Shown in pieces: positions 1 through 11,612 of a stretch of DNA of 64,000 nucleotides. The position numbers and the translations under genes are program-made. The stretch is from Gammaproteobacteria bacterium (GTDB lineage Bacteria > Pseudomonadota > Gammaproteobacteria > Eutrophobiales > Eutrophobiaceae), in contig OZ244905.1 of assembly GCA_965221695.1 (NCBI GenBank), positions 1,632,001 through 1,696,000 of the forward strand. The letters are read 5' to 3'. The notes beneath the pieces are model-generated. The model saw only the letters and a program-made list of their open reading frames with translations, did not search any database and was not told the DNA's origin. Within the stretch, counting starts at the first letter, position 1. Each line of letters starts with the position of its first letter.

Positions 1-1
1 T

Positions 2-1249
2 ATCGACGGCGCGCGAAAACGGCTGGAACCGTATCCCGATTACCTGAAAGCGGAGCTTGGTCTGCGCAATCATTGGTACGCCGCCTTGTTTGGTCATGAG
101 CTGGAGGAGGGAAAGTGCAAGGGTGAGATGCTGCTGGGTGAACGTTTGCTGTTCAAACGTGTCGACGGCGAGGTGTACGCGATTGCCGACCGGTGCCCGC
201 ATCGCGGCGCGGCGTTTTCCGCCCGACCTGAATGCTACAGTAAAAACACGGTAACCTGCTGGTTTCACGGGTTTACCATAGACGTGCGCGACGGGAACCT
301 GGTGCAGATCATCACCGATCCGGACAGCAAGCTAATCGGCAGGCTCAAACACAAAACCTATCCGGTCAGGGAGATCAACGGGGTGATCTTCGTTTTCATG
401 GGCGACATGGATCCGCCGCCGCCCATAGAGCAGGACCTGCAGCCGAAATTCCTGCGGCCCAGACTGGCATTTCACCCGGTCGCCCGCAACAAGTTCCGGG
501 CTAACTGGCGTATCGCCGCAGAGAACGGTTTTGATGCCGCGCACCTGTACGCCCACCGCAAGGCCGGCATATTCGATTTCACCGATGCCAGCATGCCTCT
601 ATCCAGCTTCCCGAAGACGCCGGAATCGTTGGAGATTATCGATAACGACGAAGGACCCTGGGGCATCGTCAAGGTGGATGACTACACCGTCTGGTCGACA
701 GAAATCGAGGGCGTGACCGTGAACGCGGTGAACCTTGACCCGAATAACATTCCCTCGTCGGACATCCCTCAAGAGACTATCGTTGGTATTTATCTGCCCT
801 GCGGCCTGGAGGTGGATTGGTGGCCCGCCCCCGGAGTGCTGCACTTCGAGTGGTTCACGCCCATCGACGAGGACCATCACATGTACATGATCTGCCATGC
901 CACGGAGGTGAATTCGGAACAGGAAGCGGAAGCCTTCTACAGGACTTGCCGGGAAGAATACATACCCGTCACCTGGAAGCCGGCAACGGACCAGGTTGCG
1001 CCCATGGGCGACGGGACTGAATGGGGTTTCAACAATTTCGACGCGTTCGGACGGGAACAGATCCACCATGTGTATCAATATGAAGACTTCTGGCGCCAGG
1101 AAAAACTGATCCGCCCCGATATCACCGTATCGAAATGGCGCATGCTGGCCAACAAACGCCTGCGCGGCATTCAGCAGCGCCGGGGTTGGGCGAGAACACA
1201 GGGCTGGTCGCCGGACGGGCAAGGCTATGATCCCAGGAAGACCTGGTAG
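2..1249 (+). CDS. Rieske non-heme iron oxygenase, CarAa/2-oxoquinoline 8-monooxygenase-like (5' truncated by window edge)
   Basis: Frame open from nt 2 (IDGARKRLEPYPDYLKAELGLRNHWY); Rieske motif DRCPHRG...TCWFHGF; mononuclear Fe motif ENGFDAAHLYAH; N-terminus resembles CarAa LGFRNHWY. Confidence 0.85.
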   Translation: MDGARKRLEPYPDYLKAELGLRNHWYAALFGHELEEGKCKGEMLLGERLLFKRVDGEVYAIADRCPHRGAAFSARPECYSKNTVTCWFHGFTIDVRDGNLVQIITDPDSKLIGRLKHKTYPVREINGVIFVFMGDMDPPPPIEQDLQPKFLRPRLAFHPVARNKFRANWRIAAENGFDAAHLYAHRKAGIFDFTDASMPLSSFPKTPESLEIIDNDEGPWGIVKVDDYTVWSTEIEGVTVNAVNLDPNNIPSSDIPQETIVGIYLPCGLEVDWWPAPGVLHFEWFTPIDEDHHMYMICHATEVNSEQEAEAFYRTCREEYIPVTWKPATDQVAPMGDGTEWGFNNFDAFGREQIHHVYQYEDFWRQEKLIRPDITVSKWRMLANKRLRGIQQRRGWARTQGWSPDGQGYDPRKTW

Positions 1250-1286
1250 CTGACTCCGTTCTCTACCTCCTCAATGAGAAAAACAA

Positions 1287-1916
1287 ATGGCCGTCAAAAC
1301 TGAACTCCCGACAAAAGACCTGTTTGGTCTGGAATACTGGCCGGCCCTGCCCGCCTTCCTGATCTCGACCTGCGATGAAACCGGGGCGGCGCATGTGGCG
1401 CCATACAGCCTGGTGTTCTTCCCGTCCTACACCAATGTAGCCGAGGACAGCGATACACCCAAGATCATCTCATTGGTCATTGGCGACTACGACACTTTTG
1501 CCGGCGCCAGAGAATCCCGCACCTACCGGAATATCGCCGCCACCGGGGAATTCGTTGTCAACGTGCCCACGGCGAAAATTGTCGGACAATTGAATACTAC
1601 GGTGTTTCCTGCCGAGGACAAATTCGCAGCATCTGGGCTGACTCCAGAACCGTCGGCAAGAATCACCGCGCCGGCGGTGGCCGAATGCCCAATAAATTAC
1701 GAATGCGAACTGCTACGGGTGGAGGACAACCGCTGGCTGGGTGAGATATTTTATGGAAAAATCGTTGCTGTCCGGGTCGATAAGGCCCTGCGCGACACGC
1801 CTGCCAAAGACCGCATGTCACCCTTGGCGCCCGTATTCCATTACGCTTACGACCACTACAACGGAACTTACTACGGCTTGGGCAAGATCCTGCTGGAAGA
1901 GATTGACGAGGAATAG
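1287..1916 (+). CDS. Flavin reductase-like protein (DIM6/NTAB family)
   Basis: HVAPYS, RTYRNIAATGEFVVNVP, FAASGLTP, APAVAECPINYEC motifs. Confidence 0.85.
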   Translation: MAVKTELPTKDLFGLEYWPALPAFLISTCDETGAAHVAPYSLVFFPSYTNVAEDSDTPKIISLVIGDYDTFAGARESRTYRNIAATGEFVVNVPTAKIVGQLNTTVFPAEDKFAASGLTPEPSARITAPAVAECPINYECELLRVEDNRWLGEIFYGKIVAVRVDKALRDTPAKDRMSPLAPVFHYAYDHYNGTYYGLGKILLEEIDEE

Positions 1917-1999
1917 CTTCTTCCTGCCGGCGCCTTACATTTCATGCCGCTCCGGACACGCACGCCACAATTTTTCTCTGGTTCTGAACACCCCTGTGG

Positions 2000-3169
2000 T
2001 CAGACAAATTCCGAGTTCAAGGGTTTGCCCAGCCTCGAAGCTCCCCAGAGTTCCAGGTTATTCTCATGCACCAGCGCGGCATGCAACGCCATGGCCTTGA
2101 TATCGCGGTTGAGTTGCTGTAGCGGATGAGTCGCCTGCAAAGCCGTGCCGCCTGACTCAAGGTACAGCGCCTCGATTGCCGCCACGCATTGCCTGACTGC
2201 CGCCGAACTGTAAACCCGCGTCTGATTGCGCTCAACCAACGGCATTTGCTCGCCCGCCTCAGCCGTATCCCGGACCATGGCCAAACCGCGCTTAAGCATA
2301 AGTTCCGCCGAACCTGTCTGTAGCATTACTTCACCGAGGAGGCGGTGCGCCTGGGCTGAATCGGCCTGTTTGTTGAGGGAGAATGGCAGATTGCGGTTTT
2401 CGATATGCTTGATGAAGATTTCGATTGCCTCCTGGGCGGCGCCCAAGGGCGGCCCTGTCAGGTTAAGACAAAGCATAGGCAGGGTCGACGAGCGGAACAG
2501 GGGCGAACGGTCTTTGCCCAGCTCTCCCGATATAGCATCGGCAAACCTGATGGCTCTGTGTTCGGGAACAAACACACCGCCGATAGCCAGGCTCTTGCTG
2601 CCGCTGCCGCGCAGACCGGTCACATGCCAGTCATCAATGATCTCATACTCCGCTTGCGGCAATAAAAATACACTCATCTCCGGCGCTCCACCGTCCTGGA
2701 GAACAAGGCCGCCCAGCGTGGCCCAGCGCGCAAAATCACAACCGGAGGAATAAGGCCAGGTAGCAGCCGACAGCTCATAACCACCCGCCACCCGTTTTGC
2801 CATGGACTTGGGTTGCAACACGCCACAAACCAGCGCGTTGGGATCATCCTTGAATACTTCATCCTGGGCCTGTTGCGGATAAAGTCCCAGCAACCAGGTA
2901 TGAATTTGCAGGATTGACATGACCCAGGAGGTGGCGGGACAGGCCCGGGCCACCCGTGTGACCATGGGCAGCACGTCCGCCATAAAGAGTTCCGGACCGC
3001 CGTAAGCAACGGACTGATACACCCTGAGCAATCCTGACGCGCTCAGTTCGTCAACTGTCTGTTGAGACAGGCGGCGCTCTCTTTCCGCCTCTTCAGCCCG
3101 CTCTCGTAGCGCGGGCACAAGGCACGCAATCCTATCGTGGTATTCGGCAATGGAAATTCGATCAGCCAT
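2000..3169 (-). CDS. Flavin-dependent monooxygenase oxygenase component (acyl-CoA dehydrogenase fold, HsaA/HpaH-like)
   Basis: LRERAEEAERERRL, YSSGCDFARW, IIDDWHVTGLRGSGS, HPLQQLNRD motifs. Confidence 0.85.
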   Translation of the reverse strand: MADRISIAEYHDRIACLVPALRERAEEAERERRLSQQTVDELSASGLLRVYQSVAYGGPELFMADVLPMVTRVARACPATSWVMSILQIHTWLLGLYPQQAQDEVFKDDPNALVCGVLQPKSMAKRVAGGYELSAATWPYSSGCDFARWATLGGLVLQDGGAPEMSVFLLPQAEYEIIDDWHVTGLRGSGSKSLAIGGVFVPEHRAIRFADAISGELGKDRSPLFRSSTLPMLCLNLTGPPLGAAQEAIEIFIKHIENRNLPFSLNKQADSAQAHRLLGEVMLQTGSAELMLKRGLAMVRDTAEAGEQMPLVERNQTRVYSSAAVRQCVAAIEALYLESGGTALQATHPLQQLNRDIKAMALHAALVHENNLELWGASRLGKPLNSEFV

Positions 3170-3231
3170 GGTTGTTTACACTACTCTGGTCGACTGGTGA
3201 AACGCGACGATAACAGATAGCGCTTCGAAAA

Positions 3232-3308
3232 TGGCGCGCCCGGAGAGATTCGAACTCCCGACCGCCTGGTTCGTAGCCAGGTACTCTATCCAGCTGAGCT
3301 ACGGGCGC
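3232..3308 (-). tRNA. tRNA-Arg(ACG)
   Basis: Reverse complement GCGCCCGTAGCTCAGCTGGATAGAGTACCTGGCT-ACG-AACCAGGCGGTCGGGAGTTCGAATCTCTCCGGGCGCGCCA folds as a cloverleaf with encoded CCA. Confidence 0.97.
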
Positions 3309-3314
3309 GTAATG

Positions 3315-3349
3315 TTAAGGAACCTCTGATTAAGTCAGAGGTTCCTTAA
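3315..3349. repeat. MITE-like family A, minimal palindromic copy
   Basis: TTAAGGAACCTCTGA-TTAAG-TCAGAGGTTCCTTAA; identical arm at 8172. Confidence 0.85.
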
Positions 3350-3470
3350 TTATCCCCTATGACGAGATAAAAAGAAACTATCCGCTTATATGTTATGAAA
3401 ATGCGCGGTATGCTTCTCCCATCCTGGCGATATTTTTCGACAAACGAGCCGGTTAAGGGCGCCAAGGCGG

Positions 3471-5147
3471 TCAGAATAAGCCCGTAATGTTACCCTCGGA
3501 GTCCACGTCGATATTCTCGGCGGCAGGGACTTTCGGCAGCCCCGGCATGGTCATCATACTGCCGGCGATGGCCACGATAAACCCGGCCCCGTTTGACAGC
3601 CGGACTTCGCTGACTTCCACATTATGCCCTTGCGGGGCGCCGAGCGCCGTCGGGTCGGTGGAGAAAGACATCTGGGTCTTTGCCATGCATACCGGGAAGC
3701 GTCCGTAATCACGATTTAGCTTCTCGATCTCTGCACGCACCTTGCTGTTGGCGGTGACACTGCCGGCGCCATAGATATTCTTGGCAACGGCCTCTATTTT
3801 GTCCCACAGGGAAGCATCGTCCTCGTACAGGTAACTGTGGTTGCCGGGGGTGTTATCGACAACATCAGTGACGGCGCGCGCCAGTTCTTCCGCGCCTGCG
3901 CCGCCTTCGGCCCAGTGCCGGGCCACCACCGCCTGGCCGCCTTGTGCTTCCACCCGGTTTTTCAGCATGTCGACCTCCGCATCGGTATCGTGGGTGAAGT
4001 GGTTGATGGACACTATGCAGGGCAGACCGTAGCGCTGTTGGATGTTGTCCAGGTGCCGTTCCAGGTTGACCAGGCCCTTGTCCAGCGCCGCCAGGTTCTC
4101 CAGGTTCAGATCTTCCTTATTCACACCGCCGTGATATTTCATCGCGCGGATGGTGGCGACCAGGACCACGGCCGCGGGCTTTAGCCCCGCCATACGGCAC
4201 TTGATGTCAATGAACTTCTCTGCGCCGAGATCGGCGCCGAAACCAGCCTCGGTGATTACATAGTCGGCCAATTTCAGCGCGGTTTTGGTGGCGGTCACGC
4301 TGTTGCAGCCATGGGCGATGTTGGCGAACGGACCGCCGTGCACCAGCGCCAGGTTGTTCTCCAGGGTCTGCACCAGGTTCGGCTTGATCGCGTCTTTCAG
4401 CAATGCCGCCATCGCGCCATGGGCGTTCAGGTCGCGGGCGTGAACCGGTTTTCTGTCTCCTCTTGTATACCCTATGACGATGTTGCCTAGTCGTTCCTTC
4501 AGGTCGGAAAGAGAGGTTGCCAGGCAGAAAATGGCCATGACTTCGGAGGCGACGGTGATGTCGTAACCGTCTTCCCGCGGGAAGCCGTTGGCCGTGCCGC
4601 CCAAGGAGATGACGATTTTGCGCAAGGCCCGGTCGTTCATGTCCACGACCCGCTTCCAGGCAACCAGGCGCGGGTCGAGGTTCAGGTTGTTGCCGTGGTT
4701 AATGTGGTTGTCCAGCATTGCCGAGAGCAGGTTATGGGCGGCGCCGATGGCGTGAAAATCACCGGTGAAGTGCAGGTTGATGTCTTCCATGGGCACCACT
4801 TGGGCATAACCGCCGCCGGCAGCGCCGCCCTTGACGCCGAAGCAAGGGCCCAGGGACGGTTCGCGCAAGCAGATTAAGGTCTGTTTGCCAATCCGGTTCA
4901 TCGCGTCTCCCAGCCCGACCGTGGTCGTGGTCTTGCCCTCCCCCGCCGGAGTGGGACTGATGGCGGTGGTCAGGATCAGCTTGCCGTCGGCCTTGTCCTT
5001 GAGGCTGTCGATGTAATCCAGTGACAGCTTCGCCTTGTAATGGCCGTAAGGCTCCAGGTGCTCGCTGCCGATGCCGTACTGTTCCGCGGCAAGGTCGATG
5101 ATCTGTTTTTTGCTTGCCCGCTGGGCAATGTCGATATCTGATAACAT
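3471..5147 (-). CDS. fhs: Formate--tetrahydrofolate ligase
   Basis: [58 protein letters not shown] signatures. Confidence 0.97.
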   Translation of the reverse strand: MLSDIDIAQRASKKQIIDLAAEQYGIGSEHLEPYGHYKAKLSLDYIDSLKDKADGKLILTTAISPTPAGEGKTTTTVGLGDAMNRIGKQTLICLREPSLGPCFGVKGGAAGGGYAQVVPMEDINLHFTGDFHAIGAAHNLLSAMLDNHINHGNNLNLDPRLVAWKRVVDMNDRALRKIVISLGGTANGFPREDGYDITVASEVMAIFCLATSLSDLKERLGNIVIGYTRGDRKPVHARDLNAHGAMAALLKDAIKPNLVQTLENNLALVHGGPFANIAHGCNSVTATKTALKLADYVITEAGFGADLGAEKFIDIKCRMAGLKPAAVVLVATIRAMKYHGGVNKEDLNLENLAALDKGLVNLERHLDNIQQRYGLPCIVSINHFTHDTDAEVDMLKNRVEAQGGQAVVARHWAEGGAGAEELARAVTDVVDNTPGNHSYLYEDDASLWDKIEAVAKNIYGAGSVTANSKVRAEIEKLNRDYGRFPVCMAKTQMSFSTDPTALGAPQGHNVEVSEVRLSNGAGFIVAIAGSMMTMPGLPKVPAAENIDVDSEGNITGLF

Positions 5148-5271
5148 ATGAAATATCCTGTATTGATGTATTATTGTCCCGTGAGCGGCATATTATAGCT
5201 GTTATTGGGAGGAACGATAATCAAGCTCTTTCGCCATGAAATCCGGCGCTTTTCTGACGGCGCTATTATTG

Positions 5272-5302
5272 AGGAGACTCTGACTTGGTCGGAGGTTCCT
5301 TG
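5272..5302. repeat. MITE-like family A, degenerate copy
   Basis: AGGAGACTCTGACTTGGTCGGAGGTTCCTT resembles the family A terminal hairpin. Confidence 0.55.
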
Positions 5303-5324
5303 ATTACGATCTGGGGGGTAAAAA

Positions 5325-6416
5325 ATGAACCAACGGGTTTTACCGGAATGGAGTAAAGACAAGCTGGAATACGTGGAACCGACGCAGGTTGTGCGCAGCT
5401 TCGGCTACGACGTATTTGCCAACGAAGTCAGTGAAGAGGCGCTCCGTTACAATGAACAAACCATAGCCCGGGTCTTGCAGGTGGACGGAGAGGTAGCCTC
5501 CGACAAGAGAGAATTTTCCAGTCCTGAAGAAGCGGCGGAAGACATCAGGAAAGTCGGACTAGAAGCCGGCGCGGAAATGGTCGGCATCACGGAAGTCAAC
5601 CCCGATCACGTTTACAAAGGACATAATGTGCCACACAAATACGCCGTGATCCTGGCCAGCAGGATGGATTACGATGAAATGAAGTATGGCGCCTCGGAGC
5701 GTCACGTCAGGGAAGTATTGCGCAGTTATGCGGAAATGGGCTCACTTTCCGCGACAGTTGCCGAATATATTCGAGCGGCAGGCTATCCCGCACGCGCCCA
5801 CTCTCTGAGATTTGAGCAGATAAACATGATCCCCCATGCCATAAAAGCCGGACTGGGCCAACTGGGCAAACACGGATCGCTGATTAATGATCAATTGGGT
5901 TGCTCATTCCGCTTGTCGGCTGTCACAACCGATTTGGCCATGAGGCTGGATTCAATCAAGGATTACGGCGTTGAGGATTTCTGCCGGAACTGCAGCATGT
6001 GTGTCAAACACTGTCCGGGCGATGCCATCGTCCATGAGAAACAGGTCGTCAGAGGGGCGCTGAAGTGGGTGGTTGATACGGAAGCCTGCGCCCCCTATTG
6101 GGGCAGTTATCATGCCTGCGGAATCTGTTTGGAGGTTTGCCCCGCCAATATCAAGGCGTTTGACGGCGTATATAAAAACTCATTTATCGAGCGGATAAAA
6201 CAGAATGACATCAAACAGAGAAGGAAGGACCTAGCGGCTGGTCTGCAACAACCCTGGGAAAATGCCGTTGAGCCAGATGATAAATCCGAAGGCTGGCGTA
6301 ACCGGGTGAAAGGACGGGGCCATGCCGCGTTTCTTATGCAAGGAATCCCGGCAGAGGGGCTACCGGAGGAAGTTTACAAAATACGCTCGGCTATGGGCAT
6401 TGAGCCGGGGAGCTGA
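5325..6416 (+). CDS. Reductive dehalogenase/QueG-like protein with two [4Fe-4S] motifs (putatively cobalamin-binding)
   Basis: AGLGQLGKHGSLI, FRLSAVTTDL, FCRNCSMCVKHCPGDAI and CAPYW..HACGICLEVCP; no Tat signal. Confidence 0.75.
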   Translation: MNQRVLPEWSKDKLEYVEPTQVVRSFGYDVFANEVSEEALRYNEQTIARVLQVDGEVASDKREFSSPEEAAEDIRKVGLEAGAEMVGITEVNPDHVYKGHNVPHKYAVILASRMDYDEMKYGASERHVREVLRSYAEMGSLSATVAEYIRAAGYPARAHSLRFEQINMIPHAIKAGLGQLGKHGSLINDQLGCSFRLSAVTTDLAMRLDSIKDYGVEDFCRNCSMCVKHCPGDAIVHEKQVVRGALKWVVDTEACAPYWGSYHACGICLEVCPANIKAFDGVYKNSFIERIKQNDIKQRRKDLAAGLQQPWENAVEPDDKSEGWRNRVKGRGHAAFLMQGIPAEGLPEEVYKIRSAMGIEPGS

Positions 6417-6453
6417 TTTCTACAATAACAACAAGCCAATGAGAAAAGTATAA

Positions 6454-6651
6454 ATGAAACTGACCGGAAAACGCATCATAGTAACAGGAGCGGCATCTGG
6501 CATTGGGCAACAAAGCGCGAAGATCATGCAGGAGCGAGGCGCTACCATTATTGGTTTTGACCGCAACCAGCCCAAGTCGCATGTGGATGAGCACATCCCT
6601 GTCGATGGCGGGATGAACGCCCATGTGATGCAACAGCTTCATAGTTTCTGA
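6454..6651 (+). pseudogene. Short-chain dehydrogenase remnant with internal deletion
   Basis: N-terminal IIVTGAASGIG Rossmann motif joined directly to C-terminal IPVDGG motif; catalytic YxxxK region absent; 65 aa. Confidence 0.75.
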
Positions 6652-6735
6652 GGGGTCGACAGTTTGCTCCCCCGTGGCCGGCTACGCTGATGTTGCGGGA
6701 AATCAAAATCTTTCATTCTGAACTGGTCTGACCTC

Positions 6736-8118
6736 TTGAGTCCTTATAGCTGCGTTACTGCAACGATCGTCGTGCTCGGGCTACTTGCCGGATTCGGTTG
6801 CGCTCCAGAGAATACGACAAAGGTCGCCGAGGCTCCCGCTAGCAAGTATCGAACGCTATCGGAGGGGGAGTACGAAGACAAGGTCGCAGGTGGCTGGTTG
6901 GGGCAGGCTATCGGCGTGCTCTACGGATTCCCGACGGAATTTCTTTGGCCGGGAGAAATGGCGCCATTCGGCTTCGATGACTGGTATCGGATGAAGCCGG
7001 AGATCTGGCTTGAGGAAGGTCTGACGGTCCTGGAGAAGGACGGCTATGTCGCAATGCTCGAAGCCAAGAAGAAGTACAAAAACGATATCAACAACTGGGA
7101 GACGTACACGCCCAGACAGATGCCCCCACAGGATGATCTGTATATCGAGTTCCTGTTCCTGCACTCCCTTCGGGCGTATGGTCTTGCCGTCTCGGCCGAA
7201 CAAATGGCCGCAGACTGGGTGAGCTATCTGGACCCCAATATGATTTGGGGCGCCAACCGGGTCGCTTATCAGAACTTCAAGAAAGGGATTCTGCCACCCC
7301 AGTCCGGTCATCCCGACAACAACCCGTTGAGCAACGCCATCGATTTCCAGATCGAATCTGACCTGTTCGGGCTTATCTCACCCGGTTTGCCCCGAGCCAG
7401 CAACGCACTGGGCGACAAGGCGGGCCACCTCATGAACTACGGGGATGGGGTCTATGCCGGTATGGCCATCGGGGCCATGTACGGCGAAGCATTCTTTGAG
7501 CGCGATCCACGCAAGCTGGTCGAGTACAGCTTGACGGTCATTCCGCGCGCAAGCGGCTATGCCGAGATGGTGCGAGATGTGATCGCTGCGCACGATGCAA
7601 ATCCCGACGATTGGCAGGCGGCATGGGAGGTCATCTTCGCGAAATGGGGGCAATACCTCGGATTGGATGTGCGGACAAACGGCGCCTGTGTCTACCTGGG
7701 ATTGCTCTACGGTGGCGGTGACTTCCTCAAGACGATGAACATCTCCATGCGCTGCGGTCTCGACAGCGACTGCAACCCGTCCAGCGCCGCCGGCATCATC
7801 GGCGCCACCCTGGGGATGTCCGGCATTCCGGATAAATGGGCCATGCTGAGGGAACTGCCCATCAGCAATGCGTCCCATCCCGGTATCTACCTGGGGGATA
7901 CACCCATCCGCAACGCATCGGCCTCCGGCACGGACGGACAGACACTGCGCGAGATTTATCCTGATCCGATCAACTGGGATGACATCATCGCCGCGACAGT
8001 GGAAGTCGGCCACAAGAACATCGTCGCCAACGGTGGACGGATCGAAGACGGCCTCATCCACATTCCGATCCAAACACCGAGTATCCCACCGTTTGAACAA
8101 GCGCCTGTTCCCGAATAG
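6736..8118 (+). CDS. ADP-ribosylglycohydrolase family protein, probably a lipoprotein
   Basis: KVAGGWLGQAIG, QDDLY, IDFQIESDLFGLISPG, GLDSDCNPSSAAG; hydrophobic N-terminus ending LAGFGC; start codon uncertain. Confidence 0.8.
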   Translation: MSPYSCVTATIVVLGLLAGFGCAPENTTKVAEAPASKYRTLSEGEYEDKVAGGWLGQAIGVLYGFPTEFLWPGEMAPFGFDDWYRMKPEIWLEEGLTVLEKDGYVAMLEAKKKYKNDINNWETYTPRQMPPQDDLYIEFLFLHSLRAYGLAVSAEQMAADWVSYLDPNMIWGANRVAYQNFKKGILPPQSGHPDNNPLSNAIDFQIESDLFGLISPGLPRASNALGDKAGHLMNYGDGVYAGMAIGAMYGEAFFERDPRKLVEYSLTVIPRASGYAEMVRDVIAAHDANPDDWQAAWEVIFAKWGQYLGLDVRTNGACVYLGLLYGGGDFLKTMNISMRCGLDSDCNPSSAAGIIGATLGMSGIPDKWAMLRELPISNASHPGIYLGDTPIRNASASGTDGQTLREIYPDPINWDDIIAATVEVGHKNIVANGGRIEDGLIHIPIQTPSIPPFEQAPVPE

Positions 8119-8171
8119 GAAAGATAATTTCGGACCATCCTAATTCTATCCGAAAATTTGTTTCTATTGAG

Positions 8172-8330
8172 TTAAGGAACCTCTGATTAAGTCAGAGGTT
8201 CCTACGATACAAGGATGTATCGTCAATATCAATGACTGTAAGGCATTGATATTGTGAGGAAAACAAAAATCACATTTTTGTTTTCCGTACTCTGACAAGT
8301 CCAGGATGGACTTGTTCAGAGTTTCCTTAA
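8172..8330 (+). mobile_element. MITE-like family A, full-length five-hairpin copy
   Basis: Terminal inverted repeats TTAAGGAACCTCTGA / TCAGAGTTTCCTTAA enclosing five consecutive hairpins, two with GGA loops. Confidence 0.8.
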
Positions 8331-8359
8331 TTTACCATCGCAAAAGTGCAATCTGTAAT

Positions 8360-8396
8360 TTAAGGAAACTCTGAGACTTAATCAGAGGTTCCTTAA
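8360..8396. repeat. MITE-like family A, short palindromic copy
   Basis: TTAAGGAAACTCTGA-GACTTAA-TCAGAGGTTCCTTAA. Confidence 0.8.
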
Positions 8397-8495
8397 GGCA
8401 GTTGGCAAAAACTGGTAAACTCATACAGTAGCATAACAGGATAATCCCTCGCCATTGAGGGGCAACGATAAGGTTATACAAAAAAGGAGAATAAA

Positions 8496-8699
8496 ATGAG
8501 TTACGTCGAAAAGCCGGATTGGCAAAAGTCTCTGGAACACCATGAAGAACTGTGCACAGAACGATATAAGTCCATACACAGGGACTTACAGTTCATAAGG
8601 GAAGACATGCGCGAAATGCGCACTGGTCAACGCTGGTTAATTGGCATAGTTTTGGCGTGGCCACCCTTGATCATCGCCGCCCTGCAGATGATCGCCTGA
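8496..8699 (+). CDS. Small coiled-coil plus single-TM protein (XhlA-like architecture)
   Basis: Strong SD AAGGAG; HEELCTERY..I..DL followed by the hydrophobic segment RWLIGIVLAWPPLIIAAL. Confidence 0.6.
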   Translation: MSYVEKPDWQKSLEHHEELCTERYKSIHRDLQFIREDMREMRTGQRWLIGIVLAWPPLIIAALQMIA

Positions 8700-8706
8700 T
8701 TACCAG

Positions 8707-9174
8707 TCATTGCTGCCGAACGGCGATACATTCAATCTCCACTTGTGCGCCGATTGCAAGTCCGTTGGCGCCGAACGCGCTCCTGGCAGGGTAGTGTTCA
8801 TCAAAATAGGTTTTGTAGACCTCATTGAAAGTCGCCCATTGGGAGATATCCGCGAGCATCACCAGGCACTTGACGAGATCGCTCATCGAATAGCCATGCG
8901 CCTCCAGGCTTGTTTTGATATTTTCCATTGTCTGCCGGGTCTCTGCTTCCAGGCCGCCGGGCGCAAGATTCATCGTGCCCGGGACGATGCCAACCTGTCC
9001 GGACAGGTACAGTGTGTCACCTACCCGGACCGCCTCGGACAACGGGATGTCGGTGGGGAAGACCTTACCTGAATTCAGATACTCCGCAGAACCTGCTTGA
9101 TCAGCCGACAACGGCGCGGCGATACTGCAGAAAATAACCGTAAATGTAATCAACATAGTGGTTGCTGTACGCAT
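8707..9174 (-). CDS. RidA/YjgF family protein with N-terminal signal peptide
   Basis: LSEAVRVGDTLYLSGQVG, FNEVY, PARSAFG, VEIECIA; hydrophobic leader ending PLSA. Confidence 0.9.
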   Translation of the reverse strand: MRTATTMLITFTVIFCSIAAPLSADQAGSAEYLNSGKVFPTDIPLSEAVRVGDTLYLSGQVGIVPGTMNLAPGGLEAETRQTMENIKTSLEAHGYSMSDLVKCLVMLADISQWATFNEVYKTYFDEHYPARSAFGANGLAIGAQVEIECIAVRQQ

Positions 9175-9266
9175 AATTCATCTCTTATGTGTTGAAAGAA
9201 AATCTCTCCTGCAAACCAAAAGGCCACCAATATACACGCTTGAGGGCCTTTCCCCTGTGCCGGGTA

Positions 9267-11486
<2,220 letters not shown>

Positions 11487-11612
11487 TCAGTATAAGAAAC
11501 TACAGGTTCCCGCCGATCGGATTGGCATCGCGCTGCAATTAATAGAGAATCGGGGAGTTTCGATTGTTGGTCAATATACTGCGCTAACTGTTGCGCTATC
11601 GAGGTCAGCGGG

